From a virus (taxonomy: Duplodnaviria > Caudoviricetes), in IMG/VR virus record IMGVR_UViG_3300020045_022195, positions 1 through 36,598 of that record: a DNA stretch of 36,598 nucleotides; one strand, 5' to 3'. Both the position numbers and the translations under genes were made by a program. The notes under the pieces were generated by a model. The model did not search any database. It was given only the letters and a program-made list of their open reading frames with translations, and was not told the origin of the DNA. Shown here piece after piece: positions 29,037 to 36,490 of this stretch. The number at the start of each line of letters is the position of its first letter. Within the stretch, counting starts at the first letter, position 1.

Positions 29037-29632
29037 ATATTTACCAAAAACTACAAAAAGCTAGAGTAGAGCTTTCAAAGTTATCGCTTAAAAAAAGTGG
29101 TAAAAATACTTTTGCAAATTACACTTATTTTGAATTAAGCGATTTTTTACCGCAAACTCAAACAATATTTAATGAAGTTGGATTGACTGGCATTGTAACT
29201 TTTGACGATGCTCAAGCAACTTTATCTATATATGAGCACGAAGGCGATGGATTTATCGTAATCACATGCCCACGTAAAGAGGCTGCCTTAAAGGGGTGCC
29301 ATCCTATACAAAATGAAGGAGCAATACAAACATATCAGCGTAGATATTTGTGGGTTAGTGCTATGGAAATATCGGAGCACGATGCCATAGATATGGGAGA
29401 AAAAAAGAAAGAAAAAGAAATTAAAGCATTAACTCCTCATATGGAAAAAATACTTGAGTATTGCTGCGAATTAATAGATAAAGATGATCCAGCATTTTGC
29501 AACGAATGGCGAGAACTAGACAAAATGCAACAAGAAATAATTTGGAAGGCTTTAAATACCAAGCAAAAAACTGTATCAAGAAAACTTTTATTTGAGGAAT
29601 CAAAAAATGTGCGGGACAGCAATGCAGAGTGA
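29033..29632 (+). CDS. erf: ERF-family single-strand annealing protein
   Basis: KKSGKNTFANYTYFELSDFLP and Q-x-x-GAIQTYQRRY signature. Confidence 0.85.
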   Translation: MNIYQKLQKARVELSKLSLKKSGKNTFANYTYFELSDFLPQTQTIFNEVGLTGIVTFDDAQATLSIYEHEGDGFIVITCPRKEAALKGCHPIQNEGAIQTYQRRYLWVSAMEISEHDAIDMGEKKKEKEIKALTPHMEKILEYCCELIDKDDPAFCNEWRELDKMQQEIIWKALNTKQKTVSRKLLFEESKNVRDSNAE

Positions 29633-29786
29633 TATTGAATGGATAAGTGAAAAAGATAATCGGCATATCGATTTTATAAAGTTTTCAGATTGGGTTACTC
29701 GCCTAGTTGAAGACGGGCATAAATTAGAATTTGCTAGAGAATTTGTTTATAAAAAAATGAAACAGGAATTAAAACATGCTAAATAA
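29622..29786 (+). CDS. Hypothetical protein
   Basis: Overlaps the ends of erf and ssb. Confidence 0.5.
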   Translation: MQSDIEWISEKDNRHIDFIKFSDWVTRLVEDGHKLEFAREFVYKKMKQELKHAK

Positions 29787-30195
29787 AGTTATGCTTATTG
29801 GGAATCTTGGTCATACGCCAGAAGTTAAGTTTTTGCCTAGCGGTGATCAGGTAACATCAATTTCACTTGCAACCACAGATCGATATAACGATAAAAAAAC
29901 AGGCCAAAGAGTTGAAAAAACTGAATGGCATAAAGTAATCTTTTTTGGAAAGGTTGCTGAAATAGCAGGTAAATATTTAGAAAAAGGATCAACTTGCTAT
30001 ATTGAAGGAAAAATACAAACAAGAAAGTACGAAGGAAAAGACGGTATTACAAAATACAGTACTGAGATTATTGCAAATGAGTTAAAGCTATTAGGAAATA
30101 AAAGTAATTCGGATAATAGCCATAATAATACAACAACGAATATCCATAGTAATGAGAAAAATAATGATTATTTTGATGATGATATTCCTTTTTAG
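29776..30195 (+). CDS. ssb: Single-stranded DNA-binding protein
   Basis: [11 protein letters not shown]...TEWHKV...[11 protein letters not shown] and C-terminal DDDIPF. Confidence 0.95.
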   Translation: MLNKVMLIGNLGHTPEVKFLPSGDQVTSISLATTDRYNDKKTGQRVEKTEWHKVIFFGKVAEIAGKYLEKGSTCYIEGKIQTRKYEGKDGITKYSTEIIANELKLLGNKSNSDNSHNNTTTNIHSNEKNNDYFDDDIPF

Positions 30196-30253
30196 AGGTT
30201 GAAATCAAAGTTAATTTTGTGGTTAATGAACCGTTTTTGAAAGAGGTGTGATT

Positions 30254-30610
30254 ATGACTAAGTGGGTAGAAAATAAAAGCGTAAAGTTTGAAACTCAGGC
30301 TGATATATGGCGTTATTTGTTGGATGGCTGGGCAATAAAGTCAAAATCAGGGCAACTACATTTTATTGAAAATGGGAAAACTAATTTGTGCGGATTTAGT
30401 TATTATCACCCTGAAGAATGGATGCCAATGAAAAAAGAAGAATGGTATAAGGATATACCTGAGCAAGGGGTTTTGTGTTTGGCAGATGGTCAGTTAGTTT
30501 TAATACATTTATACAAAGAAGGATGGTTTTATTCAGGACAAGGTGGTATGTATAAAGACGCAATACCTCTAACCAAAAAAGAAGTCATAAAATACATCTA
30601 TGAAACTTGA
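30254..30610 (+). CDS. Hypothetical protein
   Basis: GAGGTG RBS; EWYKDIPEQGVLC pattern. Confidence 0.6.
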   Translation: MTKWVENKSVKFETQADIWRYLLDGWAIKSKSGQLHFIENGKTNLCGFSYYHPEEWMPMKKEEWYKDIPEQGVLCLADGQLVLIHLYKEGWFYSGQGGMYKDAIPLTKKEVIKYIYET

Positions 30611-30728
30611 TTCAAACGGCTGGAAATGTCCTATATGCGGAAATAATAGGCAATCTAAGGCACATAAAGAACAGCGGGAAAGGTGCGAACGATTGGTTAA
30701 GGAAATGTATTTACATAAGAGAAAGTAA
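30600..30728 (+). CDS. Small zinc-finger-like protein (42 aa)
   Basis: MKLDSNGWKCPICGNNRQSKAHKEQRERCERLVKEMYLHKRK; ATG overlaps the upstream gene end. Confidence 0.55.
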   Translation: MKLDSNGWKCPICGNNRQSKAHKEQRERCERLVKEMYLHKRK

Positions 30729-30737
30729 TGTTATACT
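30710..30737 (+). promoter_or_regulatory. Sigma70-type promoter upstream of the anti-RBS hairpin and HNH gene
   Basis: TTTACA (30710-15), 16 nt, TATACT (30732-37), with extended -10 TG. Confidence 0.6.
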
Positions 30738-30743
30738 AGACCT

Positions 30744-30785
30744 GCAAAGCAGAATTTTATCTTCTCCAGTTAATTTTGCTTTTAC
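30744..30785 (+). ncRNA. Candidate anti-RBS hairpin small RNA
   Basis: 11-bp stem AAAGCAGAATT/AATTTTGCTTT (one G-U) with loop TTATCTTCTCCAGTT, complementary to the repeated AACTGGAGA RBS motif. Confidence 0.5.
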
Positions 30786-30877
30786 TAAATGTGGCTAGGT
30801 TGATCTCCGAAAACTCCTTGAACAAGAGCCGCCACATTATTTTTTCGTTCAATAACTCACGTTCAGGAGTTCTCAAC

Positions 30878-31396
30878 ATGCTTACGCAAGAATATTTAAA
30901 ATCAATACTGGATTATGATCCAGAGACAGGTATTTTTACTTGGAAATTTAGACCAGGTCTTATAGGAAAACAAAAAACATTTAATAGTAAATTTGCAAAC
31001 AAAGAAGCTGGAAGCATAGATTTAAATGGATATAAAAGAGTTTGGATAAAAGGCCATCATTATTATTGCCATAGACTTGCTTTTTTATATGTTTATGGAG
31101 AAATTACAAAGTATCAAATAGATCATATTGATACCGACACATCAAACAATTGCATTAAAAATTTAAGGCCAGCAACTAGGCTTCAAAATGCTCAAAACAT
31201 AATTAAAGCAAATAAAGATAATCTTTCAACAGGATTATTAGGCGCTTCTTTAATTAAAAAGACTGGTAAATACAGGGCAAGAATAAAATTTAATAATGTT
31301 CAATATGATCTTGGTCATAACTTTAAAACAGCGCAAGATGCTCATAAGGCATACATAGCAGCCAAAAGAAAACTTCATGAATTTTGTACACTATGA
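30878..31396 (+). CDS. HNH homing endonuclease (HNH_3 type) with AP2-like C-terminus
   Basis: LTQEYLKSILDYDPETGIFTW, HRLAFLY, IDHIDTDTSNNCIKNLR, KYRARI...AHKAY. AGGAG RBS before ATG 30878. Confidence 0.9.
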   Translation: MLTQEYLKSILDYDPETGIFTWKFRPGLIGKQKTFNSKFANKEAGSIDLNGYKRVWIKGHHYYCHRLAFLYVYGEITKYQIDHIDTDTSNNCIKNLRPATRLQNAQNIIKANKDNLSTGLLGASLIKKTGKYRARIKFNNVQYDLGHNFKTAQDAHKAYIAAKRKLHEFCTL

Positions 31397-33024
31397 AGAA
31401 GCAGCCCAGAGATTACCAACGAGACGCTGCAAACGCCTTAGTAAAAGCATTGCGCCAAGGTCAAACACCATACGCTAATCTATGTACAGGATCAGGAAAG
31501 AGCTTAATTGCGGCTATGCTTTCAAACTGGATAGCCAATCAAAACGGCAGAGTAATCCAACTAGTACCATCGGTCGAATTGTGCGAACAAAATTTTAATG
31601 AAGCCGTTCATTATATCGATAAATCAAAAGAAATTGGCATATGCTGTGCAAAACTTGGAATGTACGAAACTGATAAGCGTATTGTTATAGCTACCGATAC
31701 CAGCTTTTTAAATCGTCGAGCCACAAGCGGTAAATTTGACGCCTGTATAATTGATGAATCGGATTTGGTTTCGCCTAATGAAGACTCCAGGCTTAGGAAA
31801 ATATTTAGGTCATTAGGTCGAATCAATGAAAAATGCTACTTTCCTGGTTTTACCGGTTCCCCGGTCAGGCTAGACCAGGGATTACTTGAAGATATACCCT
31901 ATCAAGGCTCCAGGTTTTTTACGAATTGCGTTTATGAGTCCGACATACCTAGATTAATCAGCGAAGGCTATTTATCCCACGTCGAAAGCATCAGCGGCGA
32001 TGTAGAAATAGATACATCTGATCTTAAAATATCAGGCACCGATTATAATACCGATCAAATGAACGTTAAATTTGACGGAATTGTTCATGATGCCGTCAAA
32101 GATATGCGTTTAAAATTCGATGCTTACAATATTGAAACAGCATTGATATTCGCTACCAGTATTAAAAATGCACAGCATATACTGGATGAATGGGGCGACA
32201 ATAGTACTATGCGTATAGCCTGGGGCGATATGCCAAAAAAAGATAGGGAAGACTGTGTCGAATGGTTTAAAAATGGCAAAGAAAAGCGATATTTGGTTAA
32301 CGTCGGGCTATTTGTAAGAGGCTTTGATTATCCTGCTTTGAATGCCGTTGTTTTGTTTTTTGCGACTGTTAGTCAACGTAAATATATTCAAGTATGTGGA
32401 CGAGTCATAAGAGCAGCATCTGAAAAACTACTAGGCTATGTATTGGACTACGGAACCAATATCGAGAGACACGGCCCAATAGATGCAACCCTGCCACCTA
32501 AGCCCAAAAAGCGCCGTGGCGATGCTCCAAAAAAGCTTTGCTTGCTATGCAATACGGTAAATCTGCTATCGGCTAAATTCTGTAAAGATTGCGGAGCCCA
32601 GTTCATTAGCGGGTCTGAGGAAGGCAAGTATTCTATGCGGTCAAAGGCTGAAATATTGGCCGCTAAGACCGTTGAAGCCTATCATGAGATAACGGATGTT
32701 ATGCCGATATTGTGCCATAGCCGAAGCAATGGCTTACCTATGGTTAAGCTTAAATATCACGCAGGATTTCAATGCGTACACGAAGAATATTTAATGCTTG
32801 ATCATCCAGGAGGAATTGCAAATAAATATAAAGTTTTCTTAAGAGAAATGTTTAAAAATGAAGATGATTATTATCGCATGGGAGAGGAAGGCCACACGGT
32901 AGAAAACGCATTAATCCTGCTTGAGAACAATCAGGAATATTTTAGGAAGGTAAAGGCGATTGTTACGGCTAAGACTGAGGGAGAGAAATATAAACGACTG
33001 ATAAGGGTTGACTATGAGCACTGA
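31393..33024 (+). CDS. SF2 DExD/H helicase (RadD/YejH-like) with zinc ribbon
   Basis: PRDYQ, CTGSGKS, IIDESD, GFTGSP, GFDYP, QVCGRVIR, CLLC...CKDCG. Confidence 0.9.
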   Translation: MKKQPRDYQRDAANALVKALRQGQTPYANLCTGSGKSLIAAMLSNWIANQNGRVIQLVPSVELCEQNFNEAVHYIDKSKEIGICCAKLGMYETDKRIVIATDTSFLNRRATSGKFDACIIDESDLVSPNEDSRLRKIFRSLGRINEKCYFPGFTGSPVRLDQGLLEDIPYQGSRFFTNCVYESDIPRLISEGYLSHVESISGDVEIDTSDLKISGTDYNTDQMNVKFDGIVHDAVKDMRLKFDAYNIETALIFATSIKNAQHILDEWGDNSTMRIAWGDMPKKDREDCVEWFKNGKEKRYLVNVGLFVRGFDYPALNAVVLFFATVSQRKYIQVCGRVIRAASEKLLGYVLDYGTNIERHGPIDATLPPKPKKRRGDAPKKLCLLCNTVNLLSAKFCKDCGAQFISGSEEGKYSMRSKAEILAAKTVEAYHEITDVMPILCHSRSNGLPMVKLKYHAGFQCVHEEYLMLDHPGGIANKYKVFLREMFKNEDDYYRMGEEGHTVENALILLENNQEYFRKVKAIVTAKTEGEKYKRLIRVDYEH

Positions 33025-33106
33025 ACTATTGCATATCGATTGCATGGAATACATGGCAACATTGCCGGATAAGGCTTTTGATTTGGCTATTGTTGATATT
33101 ATATAA
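33014..33106 (+). pseudogene. Truncated DNA N6/N4-methyltransferase remnant
   Basis: MSTELLHIDCMEYMATLPDKAFDLAIVD-II-stop: the N-terminus of a beta-class MTase ending where DPPY is expected. Confidence 0.7.
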
Positions 33107-33112
33107 AAACAT

Positions 33113-33316
33113 ATGAGCATACTAGATGATATAAAAGCCACAAAAGCCAAACGAAACAACACAATCGAAGCATCAGACTTGATAGATAAAGTAGTTTTTG
33201 AGCGGGCTTTGATGGACTTGGGAATAGACAGGGACACAATCGACGACTGCTTACAAGAAAGCCCGTTATTGTGGCCTAGTTTTTTGCATTATTTTGAGGA
33301 AGAGTATAAAAAATGA
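33113..33316 (+). CDS. Hypothetical protein
   Basis: 67-aa ORF with ATGA overlap to the next gene. Confidence 0.55.
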   Translation: MSILDDIKATKAKRNNTIEASDLIDKVVFERALMDLGIDRDTIDDCLQESPLLWPSFLHYFEEEYKK

Positions 33317-33504
33317 TAGCAATAATAAACATAGACAAAAATCCACGAAAAACAGGATGGCATGACTACGAAATAAGAATAAATAAGCAGGTTATATCAA
33401 CTTTTAAGCATCGACGTGAAGATGGATTATTGGGGTTTGTCTGGCTAGAGCATCAGCAGCGTCTAAGCCATCTAATATTTGCGCTAAACTTTTGCTGGAA
33501 ATAG
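33313..33504 (+). CDS. Hypothetical protein (possibly frameshifted near 33430)
   Basis: MIAIINID...YEIRINKQVISTFKHRREDGL. Confidence 0.5.
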   Translation: MIAIINIDKNPRKTGWHDYEIRINKQVISTFKHRREDGLLGFVWLEHQQRLSHLIFALNFCWK

Positions 33505-33543
33505 GGAAGTGACTTGATAGATAAAGTGATTTTGAGGAAGAGT

Positions 33544-33723
33544 ATGAGAAAAAATGACATCCCAAAAGATATATTACGATGTACAGGATTTTCTTATAAT
33601 CCTGTATGTGCAGGATGCTTACGAATGAAATATAAAAATTATTATTATTTATTTCTTAATATTATTGATGAGCCTCTTGATAAGTGTGACTTTAGAATAG
33701 GTGAAAATAATGATAAGCGATGA
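33544..33723 (+). CDS. Small Cys-rich protein
   Basis: IPKDILRCTG...CAGCLR...CDFRI. Confidence 0.55.
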   Translation: MRKNDIPKDILRCTGFSYNPVCAGCLRMKYKNYYYLFLNIIDEPLDKCDFRIGENNDKR

Positions 33724-34222
33724 AATATTTTCAAAAGAGCTTGATGAAATTTTAAAAATTCGCAAAACACCAAAAAAACTACGCAATGAAATTATTGATT
33801 ATGAGCTAATGCAGACTGTTGAAAGCAGAGACTCAGTATTGGAACGCAATAGAGCATTAATACCTAAAAAAGAACGCATACCAAGCGAAGATACTGAACA
33901 AATAAACTCGGTCGAGTGGTTTAGAAAAAAATTTCCTGATGTCGATATTCTTTCTATTCGCAATGAAGGTAGCCGTACACCGGCAGAGAAGGCTAAGCAG
34001 TTATGCATGGGGCTTCTTCCTGGAGCATCAGACTTGCTTATACCGGATTGGCATTTGTATATTGAAATGAAGCGTGTTAAGGGTGGAGTGCTAAGTAAAG
34101 AGCAAAGTGAATTTTGTGATAGACGTATTAAAAATGGTGATTATTACATGGTTTGCTATGGATTTGAGCATTTTAAAGAAGTGATTATTGGATTCTATCA
34201 ATTGAAAATAAGAAAACAATAG
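33710..34222 (+). CDS. VRR-NUC family (PD-(D/E)xK) nuclease
   Basis: SEDTEQ...IRNEG...MGLLPGASDL...YIEMKRVKGGVLSKEQ. Confidence 0.85.
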   Translation: MISDEIFSKELDEILKIRKTPKKLRNEIIDYELMQTVESRDSVLERNRALIPKKERIPSEDTEQINSVEWFRKKFPDVDILSIRNEGSRTPAEKAKQLCMGLLPGASDLLIPDWHLYIEMKRVKGGVLSKEQSEFCDRRIKNGDYYMVCYGFEHFKEVIIGFYQLKIRKQ

Positions 34223-34245
34223 AAACAATCAATTATACTCAAGTG

Positions 34246-34271
34246 TAAATTTATGATTTAATATATCCAAC
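34246..34271 (+). promoter_or_regulatory. Extended -10 promoter block identical to 25730-25755 (minus strand)
   Basis: 26-bp identity TAAATTTATGATTTAATATATCCAAC. Confidence 0.65.
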
Positions 34272-34299
34272 TTAAAAAGAAACATAACTGGAGAGAAAA

Positions 34300-34443
34300 A
34301 TGAATAATTTAGGACAAGGAATAGGGTTTGCTGTACTTGTTTTTTCTACTGCGTGGCTAGAAATTAATGACAAACCAGTAAATGGTTTATGGTTTCTTGT
34401 GGTTTTATGGGCAGTATTAGCTGATTGGAGTGATAAGAAATGA
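34300..34443 (+). CDS. Small two-TM membrane protein (47 aa)
   Basis: MNNLGQGIGFAVLVFSTAWLEINDKPVNGLWFLVVLWAVLADW, with AACTGGAGA RBS. Confidence 0.6.
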   Translation: MNNLGQGIGFAVLVFSTAWLEINDKPVNGLWFLVVLWAVLADWSDKK

Positions 34444-34769
34444 ACAAAGACAGATTTAACAACATACAAGAATCCTACGACAACATGGAAGCACCTTTTG
34501 ATGAGGGCTACCAAACTAAAGAAGAAATAGATAAAGAAAATGAGCAAGAATTAAAATACTACTTATTAATCGATCAAGCCAGGAGCGGAGATAATGCAGC
34601 AAAAGGATATGAAGCATTTTATGATGCAATAGCTTCCTGCGATGAAAATATTGCTAATCTTCTTTTTGATATGATTATTACAGCGGCTGACTACAACGGA
34701 AGTGAGGCAACAGTACCTGATTTCGTTCGCCTGGTAAGAATGGCATTTGAATGGAAAAGCAAGCAATAA
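34440..34769 (+). CDS. Acidic hypothetical protein
   Basis: ATGA overlap with the upstream gene. Confidence 0.6.
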   Translation: MNKDRFNNIQESYDNMEAPFDEGYQTKEEIDKENEQELKYYLLIDQARSGDNAAKGYEAFYDAIASCDENIANLLFDMIITAADYNGSEATVPDFVRLVRMAFEWKSKQ

Positions 34770-34793
34770 GCCTACCTCCTTAGGCTCCCACTA

Positions 34794-34821
34794 GCCCTGT
34801 GTAGTTGGCAGGGCGTTTTTT
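34794..34821 (+). terminator. Rho-independent terminator
   Basis: GCCCTG-9 nt-CAGGGC-GTTTTTT. Confidence 0.65.
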
Positions 34822-34877
34822 GAATGGCTTTGAAATGAACATAGAGGCATTAATCTTAGTAGTTCAGAGTCATTCAA

Positions 34878-35000
34878 AAAGCGGCGGCGTGGAAATCGTA
34901 GACACGCACGGCACCGGGAATTTTAATCATATCAAGCCGGACGATCTGTCGTACGCGAGCGTCAGCAGAACCATAACCGGAGTAACGCCCGGTCTGCTTT
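34878..35000 (+). ncRNA. tRNA-like structured RNA (non-canonical)
   Basis: Acceptor-like stem AAAGCGG/CTGCTTT, D-like arm GCGT-GGAAATCGTAGAC-ACGC and T-like arm ACCGG-AGTAACGC-CCGGT. A ~68-nt insert replaces the anticodon arm. Confidence 0.5.
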
Positions 35001-35126
35001 AGACCTAGGCCAAGTCTTAAAACTGGTCTGACAATTTTTTTAAATGGCTTTACGAAACACTATGCTACCTAATTCAGTAAAAGATTGCGGTAGAGCCATT
35101 CAAAAAATTAAAACACTGGAGATAAA

Positions 35127-35339
35127 ATGAGCATACAAATGAAGCCAGAAATAATGCTAAGAATAAAATCGGCATCAAAAGATAGCCCGATTGCAGTATT
35201 TAGCTGCAAAGAACCGTTGCACTATAGAGCGGCTTTTGCATCGACTGTACAATCAGTACGAGAAATGCGAGATGATCAACGGTTTATAGGATCATTTCAT
35301 CGAGATAATAAAGGAGAGGCAATGAGGCTATTAAAATGA
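35127..35339 (+). CDS. Hypothetical protein
   Basis: ACTGGAGATAAA RBS. Confidence 0.6.
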   Translation: MSIQMKPEIMLRIKSASKDSPIAVFSCKEPLHYRAAFASTVQSVREMRDDQRFIGSFHRDNKGEAMRLLK

Positions 35340-35461
35340 AAAAAATATTTATGATTGATCAAAAATATCGTCATACGCATAATTGGATATTAGATATTCC
35401 GGCATGGCTATTTGTAGCGATGGTAATGGCAATAGCAATATCTGGATTTATTAGAATTTAA
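35336..35461 (+). CDS. Small membrane protein (41 aa)
   Basis: ATGA overlap; C-terminal hydrophobic IPAWLFVAMVMAIAISGFI. Confidence 0.45.
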   Translation: MKKIFMIDQKYRHTHNWILDIPAWLFVAMVMAIAISGFIRI

Positions 35462-35487
35462 TTTTTACCACAACAAAAGAGGAATTT

Positions 35488-35895
35488 ATGAAAAAAACAG
35501 CAATAGCATTAATAGCAGTATCACTACAGGCTTGTGCTTGGAACTCAACAATGGGACAAGACGATAGATTCCAGGTTGCATCAACAGCCAGTTTTTTTGC
35601 TCCGTCAGTAACTACAGTTGTTGATACAAAAAACCCTGGTGCATTGCCATCAACTTATGCCGGCCCATCTGTTGTTGGGCAATTAGCACAAGCAGCGGGG
35701 GTAACGGCAGCGGGGGCATTTGTTGGTCATGGACTCGGCAAATCAGGTACAAATGTAAGTCAAAACGGTGGTGGAGCACAATCAAACTCTCTATCTAATT
35801 CATTGTCTGGCTCGTCTGCAACATCAAAATCTTATTCAAAATCGGTGTCGGAAGTGGAATTAAATAACGTAAACAAACACACAGGACATTATTAA
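35488..35895 (+). CDS. Lipoprotein with Gly/Ser-rich tail
   Basis: MKKTAIALIAVSLQAC lipobox; GAGG RBS. Confidence 0.7.
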   Translation: MKKTAIALIAVSLQACAWNSTMGQDDRFQVASTASFFAPSVTTVVDTKNPGALPSTYAGPSVVGQLAQAAGVTAAGAFVGHGLGKSGTNVSQNGGGAQSNSLSNSLSGSSATSKSYSKSVSEVELNNVNKHTGHY

Positions 35896-35988
35896 TGCTT
35901 ATCTTCGACTATCTTCCAGAATATGCAGTATTTTTAATTGAAATCGGTTGTGTATTTTGGTTTATAGTCGAATCAACTGGAGAATAAA

Positions 35989-36477
35989 ATGAATAAAAAA
36001 CTACAAGTAACTATTAATCTTGATGAATTTTATCTTGAATCAGATGAAAGAGGTCAGGAATCAATACAATCAGCTTTATTATCTACCATCAAGCATGAAG
36101 TTGTTTCTGAAATATGGTGCAAAATAAGACAAGAAGTCAATAAAGAAATAAAAGACTCAGTAATTAATGAAATAAATTCAACAATTAGGATTAGAATTAA
36201 TACTCATATTGATGAATATCTAAATACTGGATTATTGAGACCTTATATTGAAGGAGGTGAAAATATAACAATTAAGGATTATTTGCATATGCACATAACA
36301 GACAATAGATATTGGCAAAATTTAGGGGCAAATTTAGCAAAAGTTGCAGAAAATTTTGCTAAAGAGTTGTCAAAAAAATACGATCTTATGTTCGCTACAG
36401 AAATTATAATGAAGGTTAAAGATAGCGGAATGCTTGATAGAGATAAACTCGATAAGCTTTTAAATAATAATCAATAA
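35989..36477 (+). CDS. Hypothetical protein
   Basis: AACTGGAGAATAAA RBS; 162 aa. Confidence 0.65.
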   Translation: MNKKLQVTINLDEFYLESDERGQESIQSALLSTIKHEVVSEIWCKIRQEVNKEIKDSVINEINSTIRIRINTHIDEYLNTGLLRPYIEGGENITIKDYLHMHITDNRYWQNLGANLAKVAENFAKELSKKYDLMFATEIIMKVKDSGMLDRDKLDKLLNNNQ

Positions 36478-36490
36478 CTGGAGAATAAAA

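Noticed and set aside
30607-30877. ORF 30607-30798 and the TTG-extended HNH start at 30776
   Set aside because: A better ATG ORF exists at 30600-30728, and the HNH gene has an AGGAG RBS before ATG 30878.
30730-31396. Group I intron housing the HNH gene
   Set aside because: No interrupted host gene is evident and the non-coding flank (~150 nt, 5' side only) is too short for a ribozyme core.
34878-35000. Canonical tRNA gene
   Set aside because: No TTC T-loop and no 7-nt anticodon loop at the expected position; reported only as tRNA-like.
34805-35002. 65-aa TTG-start ORF over the structured region
   Set aside because: Starts inside a terminator with no RBS; base-pairing patterns explain the sequence better.
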